A stretch of DNA of 64,000 nucleotides from Bdellovibrionales bacterium (GTDB lineage Bacteria; Bdellovibrionota; Bdellovibrionia; Bdellovibrionales; JAGQZY01). Location: contig CBDCLX010000002.1 in NCBI GenBank assembly GCA_965218815.1, positions 2,918,176-2,982,175 of the forward strand, in the 5' to 3' direction. Positions 47,284-56,468 of the stretch are shown here, one piece after another. Position numbers and translations under genes: made by a program. The notes below the pieces were generated by a model. That model was not told the origin of the DNA. It searched no databases and saw only the letters and a program-made list of their open reading frames with translations. Numbering within the stretch: the stretch's first letter is position 1; each line of letters begins with the position of its first letter.

Positions 47284-47520
47284 AGTATAAGAAGGATAAG
47301 AGGCGTTTTTTATGAAATCAAGAAGTATTTAATGTATTCTCCCTCCTTTTTTCAGACCTTTTTGATTTTAAAAAATCCATTTTGTCGTCATTCAAATGAA
47401 ATTTTAGCTGGAATTTGCTGGAATTTTCGATTTAAGGTCTAATCTGTCGGGAAAAGTGAGTTTTTGAATAAAAGAATCCATTACAGGGAAAATGAATTCT
47501 CTGTCAACCACAGACCTATG
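47284..47520 (-). mobile_element. Diverged IS91-type end (remnant E)
   Basis: agtataagaaggataag...ccattttgtcgtcattcaaatga...ggaaaagtgagtttttgaataaaagaatccattacag parallels the 38086-38320 end region with many substitutions. Confidence 0.5.
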
Positions 47521-47644
47521 AGAGGGTTTAGGAGAAAAGTGTTCGTGACCCCCATTTCGACGCTCTTTTTGGAGTACTTTTGATCGGGAATAGTGGAAGG
47601 GGCTCTTGTGTTTTGGAAGAGCAGGAAAATTCTTAGATGGGAAA

Positions 47645-48365
47645 ACTTCAAGACCAAGTTTGAGTGAACAGAGGCTTTCTATGAACTCACAGGGGAAGGT
47701 GGTTTACCAGTTAAAAACCCCTTATGAGAATGGAACCACCCGGATTATTCTTGAGCCTCTGGACTTTCTCTCTCGCCTGGCTTCTCTCATTCCAAGACCC
47801 AGAACCAATCTCATAAGGTTTCATGGAATCTTTGCACCGAATTTCAAACACCGCTCCCTAATCACTCCAAAAACAAAAAGCCCTGAAAAACAAACAACAA
47901 AGCCCGGAAAATCCTCTTCCATGAACTGGGCCAGGAGACTTAAAAGGGTTTTTGGAATGGACATAGAGATTTGCTCGGAATGTGGGGGAAAGTTAAAAGT
48001 CATCTCTTCAATAGAGGAACCTGAGGTCATTGAAAAGATTCTCAACCACTTGGGACTGGAGTCAGGAATTCCAGAGCCCTGTTCTCCAAGGGGGCCACCT
48101 GAAGAGGAGGAGGTTTTCCATTTCTCATGAATCTTGTTCATTGAAGAACTCTGACGGAGAACCCGGGTTTTCTGTGATGGATTCCCTTATTCAAAAATGC
48201 ACTTTTCCAACCAAATCAGGTTTGGAATCATAAATCCTCAAGAAAAACTCCTGTCAAATGACCATAAAATGGAGTTCGTAAAGCAAAAGATCAGAAAAAC
48301 CATGAAAAACGGGGTGGAAATACATCTTGATCTCTAAAAAAATATCTTTTATCCTTCTTATACAC
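47645..48365 (+). mobile_element. IS91-family remnant D, inverted relative to A-C
   Basis: ORF 47606-48130 encodes the tnpA C-terminus (…YQLKTPYENGTTRI…CSECGGKLKV…), followed by the end region finishing ...ccttcttatacac at 48365. Confidence 0.85.
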
Positions 48366-48490
48366 TTCTTACAGTTAGTCTATGAAACAGAAAACCACTT
48401 TATTCACTGGGTTTAGAAAAAGGAAAATATGGATATTCAGGGCAGGATGATGAGAAATCAGTTCTTAAATGGTTATTTAGGAGTTCCATT

Positions 48491-49654
48491 ATGAATGGGT
48501 ATTATGAAAAACACTCCATTAGGGAATATTCAAAATGGCTCAAAGAAGGGCGAAGTCTTTTTTTTAAAAAGGGTGCCTTTATTACTCTTATGGTATCCAA
48601 GTTTATATTTGGTTTGATACTCACTATAATAATTTTTACTTTCTTTTTATTTTTCGACTTAAATAATGATTATATTATAAATGATGTTCTTCGCATACCT
48701 TCTCTTAAAAATAGCATTCTTAGCATTATTGTAGTAATTCTGATTTCATTTCTCCTGGCTGGAATGTATACTATCGTGGATAAAGTGTCCTGTGATCAGA
48801 ATGTCGGTATTGGCAGTCTCTTCTCAGCATTCAATAATAAAAACAGCATATCTTTAATTCCTTTCAGCATTTGTTTTTATATCCTGGGAGATATTGTATC
48901 TATTGTACTTGTGGCTTTGGCTAAAGTCGTTCCATTATTTACCGCTCCTGTTGTGACTTCTCCTCTTGTGGTGAGTCTTCTTAATTTAGCCATACATTGT
49001 GGCATTGTTTTGGTAGCTCTGTTTGTTCTCTGTACTGTCTTGTTTTTTAGCGTGCATTTAATTCACTTTGGCAAATGTACGGGATCCGTTCAAACATTGA
49101 AGTTGGCTTTTGGTGGAATAATAGCCAACATATTTCCTCTTTTTATTTTTTTTATAACTCTTGGATTTTATCTGATAATAGGAGTTGTTTCTTTTTTAGG
49201 TTCTTTCATTGCTTTTCCTATAATTATATGCTCACTCCACGTTGCCTCCCAAAAAATTTACAAATCAAAGGAGGATTCAAAAAACAATGTATCCGAATTT
49301 GACATAAATTTTAAAAATTTTTTCTTTCAATATGAAATAGATGGGGAGACTCACCAGGAAAAGGTGAGAAAAAAATCTTTTATTGTCGGGAGGTCCGATC
49401 ACTGTGATATAAAAATTGATTTTGAAATAGTCAGTCGTAAACATATGCAGGTCTTCTTTGAAGACGGAGTTGTTAAAATCATGGATTTGGGTTCTACTAA
49501 TGGAATATTTCTGAATGGCAGGAAACTAAAACCCCATAACAAATGTAAATATCTGACAGGCAGTGAACTTTTTATTAAAAACAGCACTGGTTTGCGTTGT
49601 AATCTTCAGGTTTTAAAAAAATCAAATCCTCTGAAAGGATTCAAAAAAATATAA
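48491..49654 (+). CDS. Polytopic membrane protein with C-terminal FHA domain
   Basis: About 7 hydrophobic helices in the first ~260 aa. C-terminal FIVGRSDHCDIKIDFEIVSRKHMQVFFEDG...GSTNGIFLNGRKL. Confidence 0.75.
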   Translation: MNGYYEKHSIREYSKWLKEGRSLFFKKGAFITLMVSKFIFGLILTIIIFTFFLFFDLNNDYIINDVLRIPSLKNSILSIIVVILISFLLAGMYTIVDKVSCDQNVGIGSLFSAFNNKNSISLIPFSICFYILGDIVSIVLVALAKVVPLFTAPVVTSPLVVSLLNLAIHCGIVLVALFVLCTVLFFSVHLIHFGKCTGSVQTLKLAFGGIIANIFPLFIFFITLGFYLIIGVVSFLGSFIAFPIIICSLHVASQKIYKSKEDSKNNVSEFDINFKNFFFQYEIDGETHQEKVRKKSFIVGRSDHCDIKIDFEIVSRKHMQVFFEDGVVKIMDLGSTNGIFLNGRKLKPHNKCKYLTGSELFIKNSTGLRCNLQVLKKSNPLKGFKKI

Positions 49655-50148
49655 GAGTCCACCTCTTCGTCTTCCAAATTCAGACATTCACAGATGGGTT
49701 CAGTATAATCTCTATAATAAAACTTCTCATAATCCTCAAAGTAAGTCCATGCCCCTTTAGAACTAAAAAAACCTTCCAAAGTCACATAAAAATCATCTTC
49801 AAAACGATCTTCTGTCTGAACACAAAACTGTTCTGTTGAGGTAATAAGTTTTATTTTTTCCATCAGTTCAAAACAAGATTCCATAATAGAGGGTCTTCTC
49901 GTTGAAAAGCTATATTCATTTCCAAGATAGATAAATTTTCCCTCAAAAGAGAAAAGACGATAGATACGATCATTATCAGGATCAATAGTGGTGTGGTCCT
50001 GATCAATGCACTCAAGAGAAATTAACTCTTGGGAACAAAATGAGACGGGGTTTGTAAAAGCCTGTAAAGGACAACAGAAAAAAAACATCAATAAGAATGC
50101 CAGGTTATTTCCGATGACTTTTGAGTTTTTCATAGTTTTCAACGGCAT
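49606..50148 (-). CDS. Secreted Cys-containing protein (copy B)
   Basis: Paralog of 29678-30337, with the same signal-like N-terminus and the conserved block YSFSTRRP...ESCF..MEKIK.ITS..QFCVQ.EDRFEDD.YVTLEGFFSSKG.WTYFE.YE..YY.DYTEPIC.CL.LE. Confidence 0.6.
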   Translation of the reverse strand: MPLKTMKNSKVIGNNLAFLLMFFFCCPLQAFTNPVSFCSQELISLECIDQDHTTIDPDNDRIYRLFSFEGKFIYLGNEYSFSTRRPSIMESCFELMEKIKLITSTEQFCVQTEDRFEDDFYVTLEGFFSSKGAWTYFEDYEKFYYRDYTEPICECLNLEDEEVDSYIFLNPFRGFDFFKT

Positions 50149-50884
50149 CTTTGACCTCCCTGTGGTTTAAAGTTTTTCTTCCTTTGTACTCCATAATGGC
50201 TTCAAGCCAGGTTGCTTTGACATCCTTCTGTTTGATTTTGGCAGAGGCAATCTCTTTTTTACGAAAAAGCCACCTGACTCCACCAGCAATATTGAGAACC
50301 GGATCGTTAATGTCTTTCAAATCAATCTGCAATAAATGATTACGAAGTTCTTTTCTATAACCTCTCAGGTATTTAACGGTCGGAGTGATTATCTGCATCA
50401 AACCGTAAGCTGTTTGACCTTTTGGTGCGGGAATTTTAATTTTTGGATCAAAAGAGGATTCGGTCATAATTAGAGCTTTGACAAGATCGGGATCAAGGGG
50501 AACTTTTGGTTTAAAAACATCATTCCAGTATTGAGTCCAGCCCGCAATGAGGGAGTTGAACTTATTTCCCCGACGGGATCCAAGATTGTTTTTACTGATC
50601 TTTGATTTTAGTTTTGGAAAATACAAATCAGCAATACGGTGAAGTTCATCCTCATACATTACATCCTGGCCTGACGGGTTTTTTACGCAGGTTCCTTTTC
50701 TGTAATGGGATCTAACCTGATCCCCTTTTCTTAAGTGAGCCCCAACATGGGAAGAGCTTCGCCAGTGGTAACCGGGTTGGCATTTTCTCCAGGGGTGTTT
50801 TTTGGCCTTCGGCACAGCCATCCTCCAGATTCTTTGAAGTTTTTCTAAAAATCCATTCCCTTTGACAATTAGGAAGGGATTCAT
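50105..50884 (-). CDS. Lytic transglycosylase (SLT-domain) protein without signal peptide (copy B)
   Basis: About 94 percent identical (by eye) to 30294-31073. Same TES and YGLMQI motifs. Confidence 0.75.
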   Translation of the reverse strand: MNPFLIVKGNGFLEKLQRIWRMAVPKAKKHPWRKCQPGYHWRSSSHVGAHLRKGDQVRSHYRKGTCVKNPSGQDVMYEDELHRIADLYFPKLKSKISKNNLGSRRGNKFNSLIAGWTQYWNDVFKPKVPLDPDLVKALIMTESSFDPKIKIPAPKGQTAYGLMQIITPTVKYLRGYRKELRNHLLQIDLKDINDPVLNIAGGVRWLFRKKEIASAKIKQKDVKATWLEAIMEYKGRKTLNHREVKDAVENYEKLKSHRK

Positions 50885-51213
50885 AAATCTTTATTGTTCA
50901 ATAAAACCCCGGTTTTTGTCAAAGATTTTTTTATTATTTTTCATGATTCAATTTTTTATGAAAAAAATCTTCAAAATTCTTTATGTTTTATTCTTGAAAT
51001 CCGGTATTTGTTCTCTTTTTTGTCCGGCTTTCGGATAAGATGCTAAAAAGAACATGGTTTTATTGGCCCTTCTGAGAAGATATATCCTTTTGACCTTATC
51101 AAAAAAAACTCTTAAATAGAAAACCTCTCTTTTTAGAGAGGCTTTTTTAATTATTAAAGGCTTGTTTTATAGAAAAAATCCCTACAATATAGGAAACAGA
51201 AAAAGGCTGGAAA

Positions 51214-51420
51214 ATGATAAAATCCATCTCTTCAAAAGATATTAAATTCATCCTTGAAAAAGGGGAAGATTATAAAGCAGAGTTTAAAGCACAGGCAGAC
51301 AAAAGCCTTGACAGAGAAATAGTCGCCTTTGCCAATTCCTCTGATGGACATATTTATATTGGCATTACAGATGAAGGAAAAATCAAAATAACAAAGAAAA
51401 ATCTGGAGAAACTGAAATAA
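51214..51420 (+). pseudogene. N-terminal fragment of an AlbA_2 (Schlafen-type) domain protein
   Basis: EDYKAEFKAQ...REIVAFANSSDGHIYIGITDEGKI matches the E.K...AFAN..GG.I.IGV.D.G pattern. It stops after 68 aa. Confidence 0.5.
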
Positions 51421-51454
51421 TGTTAATAAAAGATAAAAATCAGGAACAAAACCA

Positions 51455-52291
51455 ATGACCACAATAGAAAAAATCCTCCAACTCCACAGCCAGTGGCTTA
51501 AGGTTTGCCCACTTTCTGAGGAAAACCATAAAGCTCTGTGGAAGTGGATCCGTATGCGGTTTAACCATACTTCAAATCATATTGAAGGAAACACTCTCAC
51601 TTACAATGAAACCCAACTGCTTCTCATTCACGGGCGGGCTTCAGGGGATCATAAGCTCCGGGAGTATGAGGAAATGAAAGCCCACAATGTGGCCTTTGAC
51701 CACATGGTTCGGTTGGCTCAGGAAAAAAGACCCATCAATGAGGGGGATATTAGGGATCTAAATAAAATTTGTCTAAAAGAGCCTTTTTATAAAATGGCCA
51801 AAACTCCTGATGGGGAATCCACACGGAAAAAAATCATTCCTGGAGAATACAAAATACAACCCAATCATGTTCTGACGGAAACTGGCGAAATCTTTCAGTT
51901 CGCTACCCCTGAAGAAACGCCGTCATTGATGGCGGAACTGGTGGAGTGGATAGAACAGTGGCTTCAGGAGAGCTTGGAGGATCAACACAAAAGCCTTGTT
52001 TCTTTTTTGGCTGAACTCCATAAGCGGTTTATATTGATTCATCCCTTTGATGATGGAAACGGGAGAGTGGTTCGTCTTTTGATGGGCTATGTTCTTGTTC
52101 GCCTGAATTTTCTCCCTATCATTATCCATGACAGAAAGGAATACATTAAAGCCATACAGTTTTCCGATGCCGGAGACATAAAACCCCTTGAGGAGTTACT
52201 TGCTGCCAATATAACCATGATGCTTAAAAAAGGTCTTCTTGCCAAAGATTGTAAAATAAACCTCAATGAATCTTTAGCAGAGAGTGAGTAA
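51455..52291 (+). CDS. Fic-family protein (copy B), immediately upstream of hsdR
   Basis: HPFDDGNGRVVR motif. Its stop lies 2 nt before the hsdR ATG. Confidence 0.88.
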   Translation: MTTIEKILQLHSQWLKVCPLSEENHKALWKWIRMRFNHTSNHIEGNTLTYNETQLLLIHGRASGDHKLREYEEMKAHNVAFDHMVRLAQEKRPINEGDIRDLNKICLKEPFYKMAKTPDGESTRKKIIPGEYKIQPNHVLTETGEIFQFATPEETPSLMAELVEWIEQWLQESLEDQHKSLVSFLAELHKRFILIHPFDDGNGRVVRLLMGYVLVRLNFLPIIIHDRKEYIKAIQFSDAGDIKPLEELLAANITMMLKKGLLAKDCKINLNESLAESE

Positions 52292-52293
52292 TT

Positions 52294-55200
52294 ATGGCCA
52301 TTGCAAAACACACAGAGGATCTGGCCTCCCATGTACCCGCTCTTTATTTACTGTGCCAGCTTAAATATAAAAATGTGGGTTACGAGTATTTGACCCCTTC
52401 CGAAACTGTGGAATTAAGGGGTGCAAACCTCAGTCGTTGTGTTCTTGAGCCTGTTCTTAAAAAATGGCTTCTGGAAAATAACAGGATTCAGGGAAAAAGT
52501 AAAACCCACACCTTTAGTGAAAACAATATCCGTTACGCTGTGGATGCCATGACCAAGATCTCAGGCGACCATCTTCTTGGCAATAATGAAAAGGTCTATG
52601 ATCTTTTGACTCTTGGAAAAAGTTTTGATCAGAACATTGATGGGATTTCAAAGTCCCGCCAACTCCAATACATCAACTGGAAAGAGCCGGAAAAGAATGT
52701 GTACCATGTCACAGATGAGTTTGAGGTGGAAAGAACAAACTCCCACAAAACAAGAAGGCCGGACATTGTTGTTTTTGTTAATGGCATCCCCCTTGTTATT
52801 ATTGAGTGTAAAAGACCGGGGCTTCATAAAGACGCTGTTAAGGAGGGGATCAGTCAACATTTAAGAAATCAAAAATCTGATGAAATCCCGGAGCTTTTTA
52901 ATTTTTCCCAACTGTTGTTAAGTCTTGCCCAGAACAGTGGAAAATACGCCACAACAGGAACCCCCCAGGAGTTTTGGTCCACATGGAAAGAAAGGGAAGT
53001 GGCAAACCAAAAAGAGGAACTTAAAAAACTTGTTAACAACCCTCTGTCTGAAACTGTTAAGAAAAAGATTTTTTTAGAAAAAAAACCATATCAGAGAAAA
53101 GAGATGGAAAAAATCCGGTCTTTAGGATCAGGGCTTCCCTCAGACCAGGACCGGTTGATTCACTCTCTGTTAAGACCTGAAAGACTTATGAAATTGATTT
53201 ATCAGTTCATTGTCTTTGACAATAAGGAAAAAAAGATCTGTCGCCATCAGCAATACTTTGCGGTTCAGGCCACTCTTGAACGTGTCACCAGGATAGATGA
53301 TGGAAAACATCAGGGGGGTGTCATCTGGCACACAACAGGGTCGGGTAAATCCCTGACAATGGTCATGATGGCAAAGGCTCTGGTTCTTAATGAATCCATA
53401 AAAAATCCAAGAATTATTCTGGTCACGGATCGGGTGAATCTGGATGATCAGATTTATAAAACATTTTTAGCCTGTGGAAAGGGTGATGTTCTTGAAAAAG
53501 CCAAAACCGGAAAGCATTTGATCTCTCTTCTTGAAGAGGGAAAAAAATCAATCATTACAACCATTATTGATAAATTTGAATCGGCCAGTCAGAGGAAAAA
53601 CCTGAAAATAGAAAGTCCTGACATTTTTGTTTTGGTTGATGAGAGTCACAGATCCCAATATGGTGTGAGTCATGCAAAAATGTTTAATATACTGCCCAAC
53701 GCCTGTTATATAGGCTTTACGGGAACCCCGCTTTTAAGGAAAGACAAATCCACTTCCAAAAAGTTTGGTGGGTTTATTCACAAATACACCATGAATCAGG
53801 CCGTTCAGGACGGGGCTGTTGTTCCTCTCCTGTATGAGGGGCGAATGAGTGAGATTCACGGGGATAAGGACAAATTGGATAAATGGTTTGACCGGATCAC
53901 GGAAGATCTTACTGAAAAGCAAAAATCGGATTTAAAAAATAAATTTAAAAAAGAAAATGTTGTTCTTGGGGTTGAGCAAAGATTAGGGGAGATCGCCTTT
54001 GATATACAGACTCACTTTATAAAGAATTTCAAAGGGACCGGAGCCAAGGGACAGCTTGTCTGTTCAAGCAAAAAAGATGCTATCAAGTTTAAAGAATGTT
54101 TTGATGATTTTGGAAAGATAAAAACAGAGGTGATTATTTCCCCTCCCGATACGAGGGAAAATCATGAGAATATTGATGAGTCCAAAACGCCTGAAATTCA
54201 GACCTTTTGGAAGAGTATGATGAAACTTTACGGAACAGAATCGAGATATAATGATGCCATTATCAGGTCTTTTAAATACTCAGAACACCCTGAAATTATC
54301 ATTGTTGTTGATAAACTGCTTACAGGTTTTGATGCTCCGGTAAACAGTGTTCTCTATATCGACAAGAGGTTAAAGGACCACAACATTTTGCAGGCTATAG
54401 CCAGGGTGAACAGGGTTTTTGAACATAAGACCCATGGGCTGATTATTGACTACCGGGGAGTGTTCGGCCATTTGAATGATGCCATAGACACTTATGCCGC
54501 TCTTGAAAATGAGGGATTTGATAAAGAGGATATTGAAGGCACTCTTTACCCTATTGATGAGGAAATCAGGGAACTGGCCCAAAGACATTCCAATTTGTGG
54601 GAAATCTTTAAAGAAGTGGAGAACAAAGGGGATACTGAATCCCTTCAACGAGCCCTTGAGCCTCTTGAGATAAGAGAGGACTTCTACAAAAAACTCAATT
54701 TATTCTCAAAAACATGGCAATGGGCCAGGAGCAATGCAAAATTTCAGGACGAAACCCCTGAAGAAACAAAAAAAAGATATGATGGGGATCTGAAAATGTT
54801 CGTGGGACTTAGGGCTGCTGTGAAGCAACGCTATGGTGAAACAGTGGACTATTCCCAATATGAAAAACAACTGGAAAAGATGGTCAGTCAATCTGTTTCA
54901 GCAGACCCGGTGGAGGTCATCATCGAGCAGGCCGATATTTTTAACCATGAGACTTTTGAAAAGGAGGTCAGTTCAGTCAAAGGGGATGTGGCCAAAGCTG
55001 ATGTTATTTCCAACAGAATGAAGCGAAGTCTTTCTGAAAAAATGGAGGAAAACCCGGCCTTTTATAAGGAACTTTCAAAACTGATTGAAGAAACCATCAC
55101 AGCCCACCGGGAAAAAAGAATTTCTGATGCACAATACTTAGAGCAGGTCAGAGACCATTTACACAGAGCCCAGGGGAAAAGTAAAGAAGACTACCCTGAA

Positions 55201-55491
55201 AAGATACGCAATAACGAAAATGCAAAAGCGTATTTCGGAACCCTTAAGGAAAAAATCTCTTTAAAACCGGACATTCTTTCGGACATTTCTCTTGAAATAG
55301 ACAAGTCAATCAAAAAGCACGTTATCCGGGACTGGGTTTATAATCAGGACGTGCAGAACAGGATGATGACGGATATTGAAGGCATACTTTTTGCTTCAAA
55401 GGAAAAACATGGTTTGGATCTGTCCTATGAGATCATCGAGGAACTCATGGAGGCATTTATAACAGTGGCAAAAAACAGGGAGTCCTGTTGA
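52294..55491 (+). CDS. hsdR: Type I restriction endonuclease subunit R
   Basis: N-terminal nuclease motif RPDIVVFVNGIPLVIIECKRP. Helicase motifs HTTGSGKSLT, LVDESHRSQ, FTGTP. 1065 aa. Confidence 0.95.
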   Translation: MAIAKHTEDLASHVPALYLLCQLKYKNVGYEYLTPSETVELRGANLSRCVLEPVLKKWLLENNRIQGKSKTHTFSENNIRYAVDAMTKISGDHLLGNNEKVYDLLTLGKSFDQNIDGISKSRQLQYINWKEPEKNVYHVTDEFEVERTNSHKTRRPDIVVFVNGIPLVIIECKRPGLHKDAVKEGISQHLRNQKSDEIPELFNFSQLLLSLAQNSGKYATTGTPQEFWSTWKEREVANQKEELKKLVNNPLSETVKKKIFLEKKPYQRKEMEKIRSLGSGLPSDQDRLIHSLLRPERLMKLIYQFIVFDNKEKKICRHQQYFAVQATLERVTRIDDGKHQGGVIWHTTGSGKSLTMVMMAKALVLNESIKNPRIILVTDRVNLDDQIYKTFLACGKGDVLEKAKTGKHLISLLEEGKKSIITTIIDKFESASQRKNLKIESPDIFVLVDESHRSQYGVSHAKMFNILPNACYIGFTGTPLLRKDKSTSKKFGGFIHKYTMNQAVQDGAVVPLLYEGRMSEIHGDKDKLDKWFDRITEDLTEKQKSDLKNKFKKENVVLGVEQRLGEIAFDIQTHFIKNFKGTGAKGQLVCSSKKDAIKFKECFDDFGKIKTEVIISPPDTRENHENIDESKTPEIQTFWKSMMKLYGTESRYNDAIIRSFKYSEHPEIIIVVDKLLTGFDAPVNSVLYIDKRLKDHNILQAIARVNRVFEHKTHGLIIDYRGVFGHLNDAIDTYAALENEGFDKEDIEGTLYPIDEEIRELAQRHSNLWEIFKEVENKGDTESLQRALEPLEIREDFYKKLNLFSKTWQWARSNAKFQDETPEETKKRYDGDLKMFVGLRAAVKQRYGETVDYSQYEKQLEKMVSQSVSADPVEVIIEQADIFNHETFEKEVSSVKGDVAKADVISNRMKRSLSEKMEENPAFYKELSKLIEETITAHREKRISDAQYLEQVRDHLHRAQGKSKEDYPEKIRNNENAKAYFGTLKEKISLKPDILSDISLEIDKSIKKHVIRDWVYNQDVQNRMMTDIEGILFASKEKHGLDLSYEIIEELMEAFITVAKNRESC

Positions 55492-55552
55492 AAGTCATTT
55501 ACAGGATTCAATCAGACCGGATCAATGGAATAAGGATTGAGAAAAGGAAGTT

Positions 55553-56356
55553 TTGATGGAGCATTTTGTCTTTTACGGGAAATCAAAAATTCATTACAGC
55601 CTCAGACATTCCAAAAGAAAGACCCTGGGCATTACGGTTGATAGAAATGGAAAGGTTCAGGTGTCAGTTCCCCATGGAATTCCAAACCATAAGGTGCAGG
55701 AAGTTCTGATTAAAAAAGGGGCCTGGATTATGGATAAACTAGGGATTGTTTCAAAGCTCCCTGTGCCTGAAACAAAGAGAAGGGCCTTATCCGGTGAAAG
55801 TTATTACTTTCTTGGACGGCAGTATCGCCTGAAGGTTTTTGAGGCCAATTATGACGGGGTGGATATTTACTCTGATCGCATTATTATGAATTGTTCTTTT
55901 CCCGAAGAAGAGGAGTTAAAACTCAATTTATTAAGAAAATGGTACTTTCAGCAGGCCCATAAGGTTTTTACTGAAAGATTTGAAATTCATAAAAATCTGT
56001 TTGACAGAGCCAATAAGGAATCAGGGATTAAAACGAACCAAAGCGGTTTGGATATTTCCTCTGATCCTGTCAGAACACCTGTTGACTCAGAGAAAATTTT
56101 TCTGAGTGTTAAAAAACTCCACAAATCCTGGGGAAAGTACCATCCCAGGGAGAGAAAAATAACCCTGAATGTGGAACTTATTGTGGCCCCCATGGACTGT
56201 ATTGATTATGTGATTATTCATGAACTCTGCCACTCTCAAATCCTCAATCACGGGAAGGCTTTTAATCACTTGATGAGCTCAAAGATGCCAAACTGGAAAC
56301 ACCTCAAGGAAAAACTTGAAGGCTTCTCCAATGGCTTACAGTCTCTCTGGTTATGA
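55553..56356 (+). CDS. YgjP-like DUF45/M48-family zinc metallopeptidase
   Basis: HELCHSQILNHG (HEXXH) near the C-terminus. A common companion of hsdR. Confidence 0.85.
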   Translation: MMEHFVFYGKSKIHYSLRHSKRKTLGITVDRNGKVQVSVPHGIPNHKVQEVLIKKGAWIMDKLGIVSKLPVPETKRRALSGESYYFLGRQYRLKVFEANYDGVDIYSDRIIMNCSFPEEEELKLNLLRKWYFQQAHKVFTERFEIHKNLFDRANKESGIKTNQSGLDISSDPVRTPVDSEKIFLSVKKLHKSWGKYHPRERKITLNVELIVAPMDCIDYVIIHELCHSQILNHGKAFNHLMSSKMPNWKHLKEKLEGFSNGLQSLWL

Positions 56357-56468
56357 CTTTTCATAGTTCGAGTCTTTTTCATCCATTAGAGAAGCTAATC
56401 TCACAGTTTATACTGGTCGTGTTTGAAATTTCATGGAATTTCTCTATGAAAACAGCGTGAAAAACAAA

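Noticed and set aside
31972-48141. Repeated 68-106-aa ORFs (MKKIHEKWKTSSSSGGPLGEQGSGIPDS...) at 31972-32178, 38311-38631, 46593-46913 and 47821-48141, and the MGENLFDDFRSLYGRDDFEFPP ORFs
   Set aside because: They are antisense to the C-terminus of the IS91 transposase. They are conserved only because the DNA is a repeated IS end. No independent coding evidence exists.
56366-56392. tRNA T-arm-like sequence (agttcgagtctttttcatcca) at the island junction, considered as an att remnant of tRNA-Thr
   Set aside because: It has only patchy identity to the tRNA-Thr 3' end. It also lies in inverted rather than direct orientation relative to the tRNA gene at 59354-59428.
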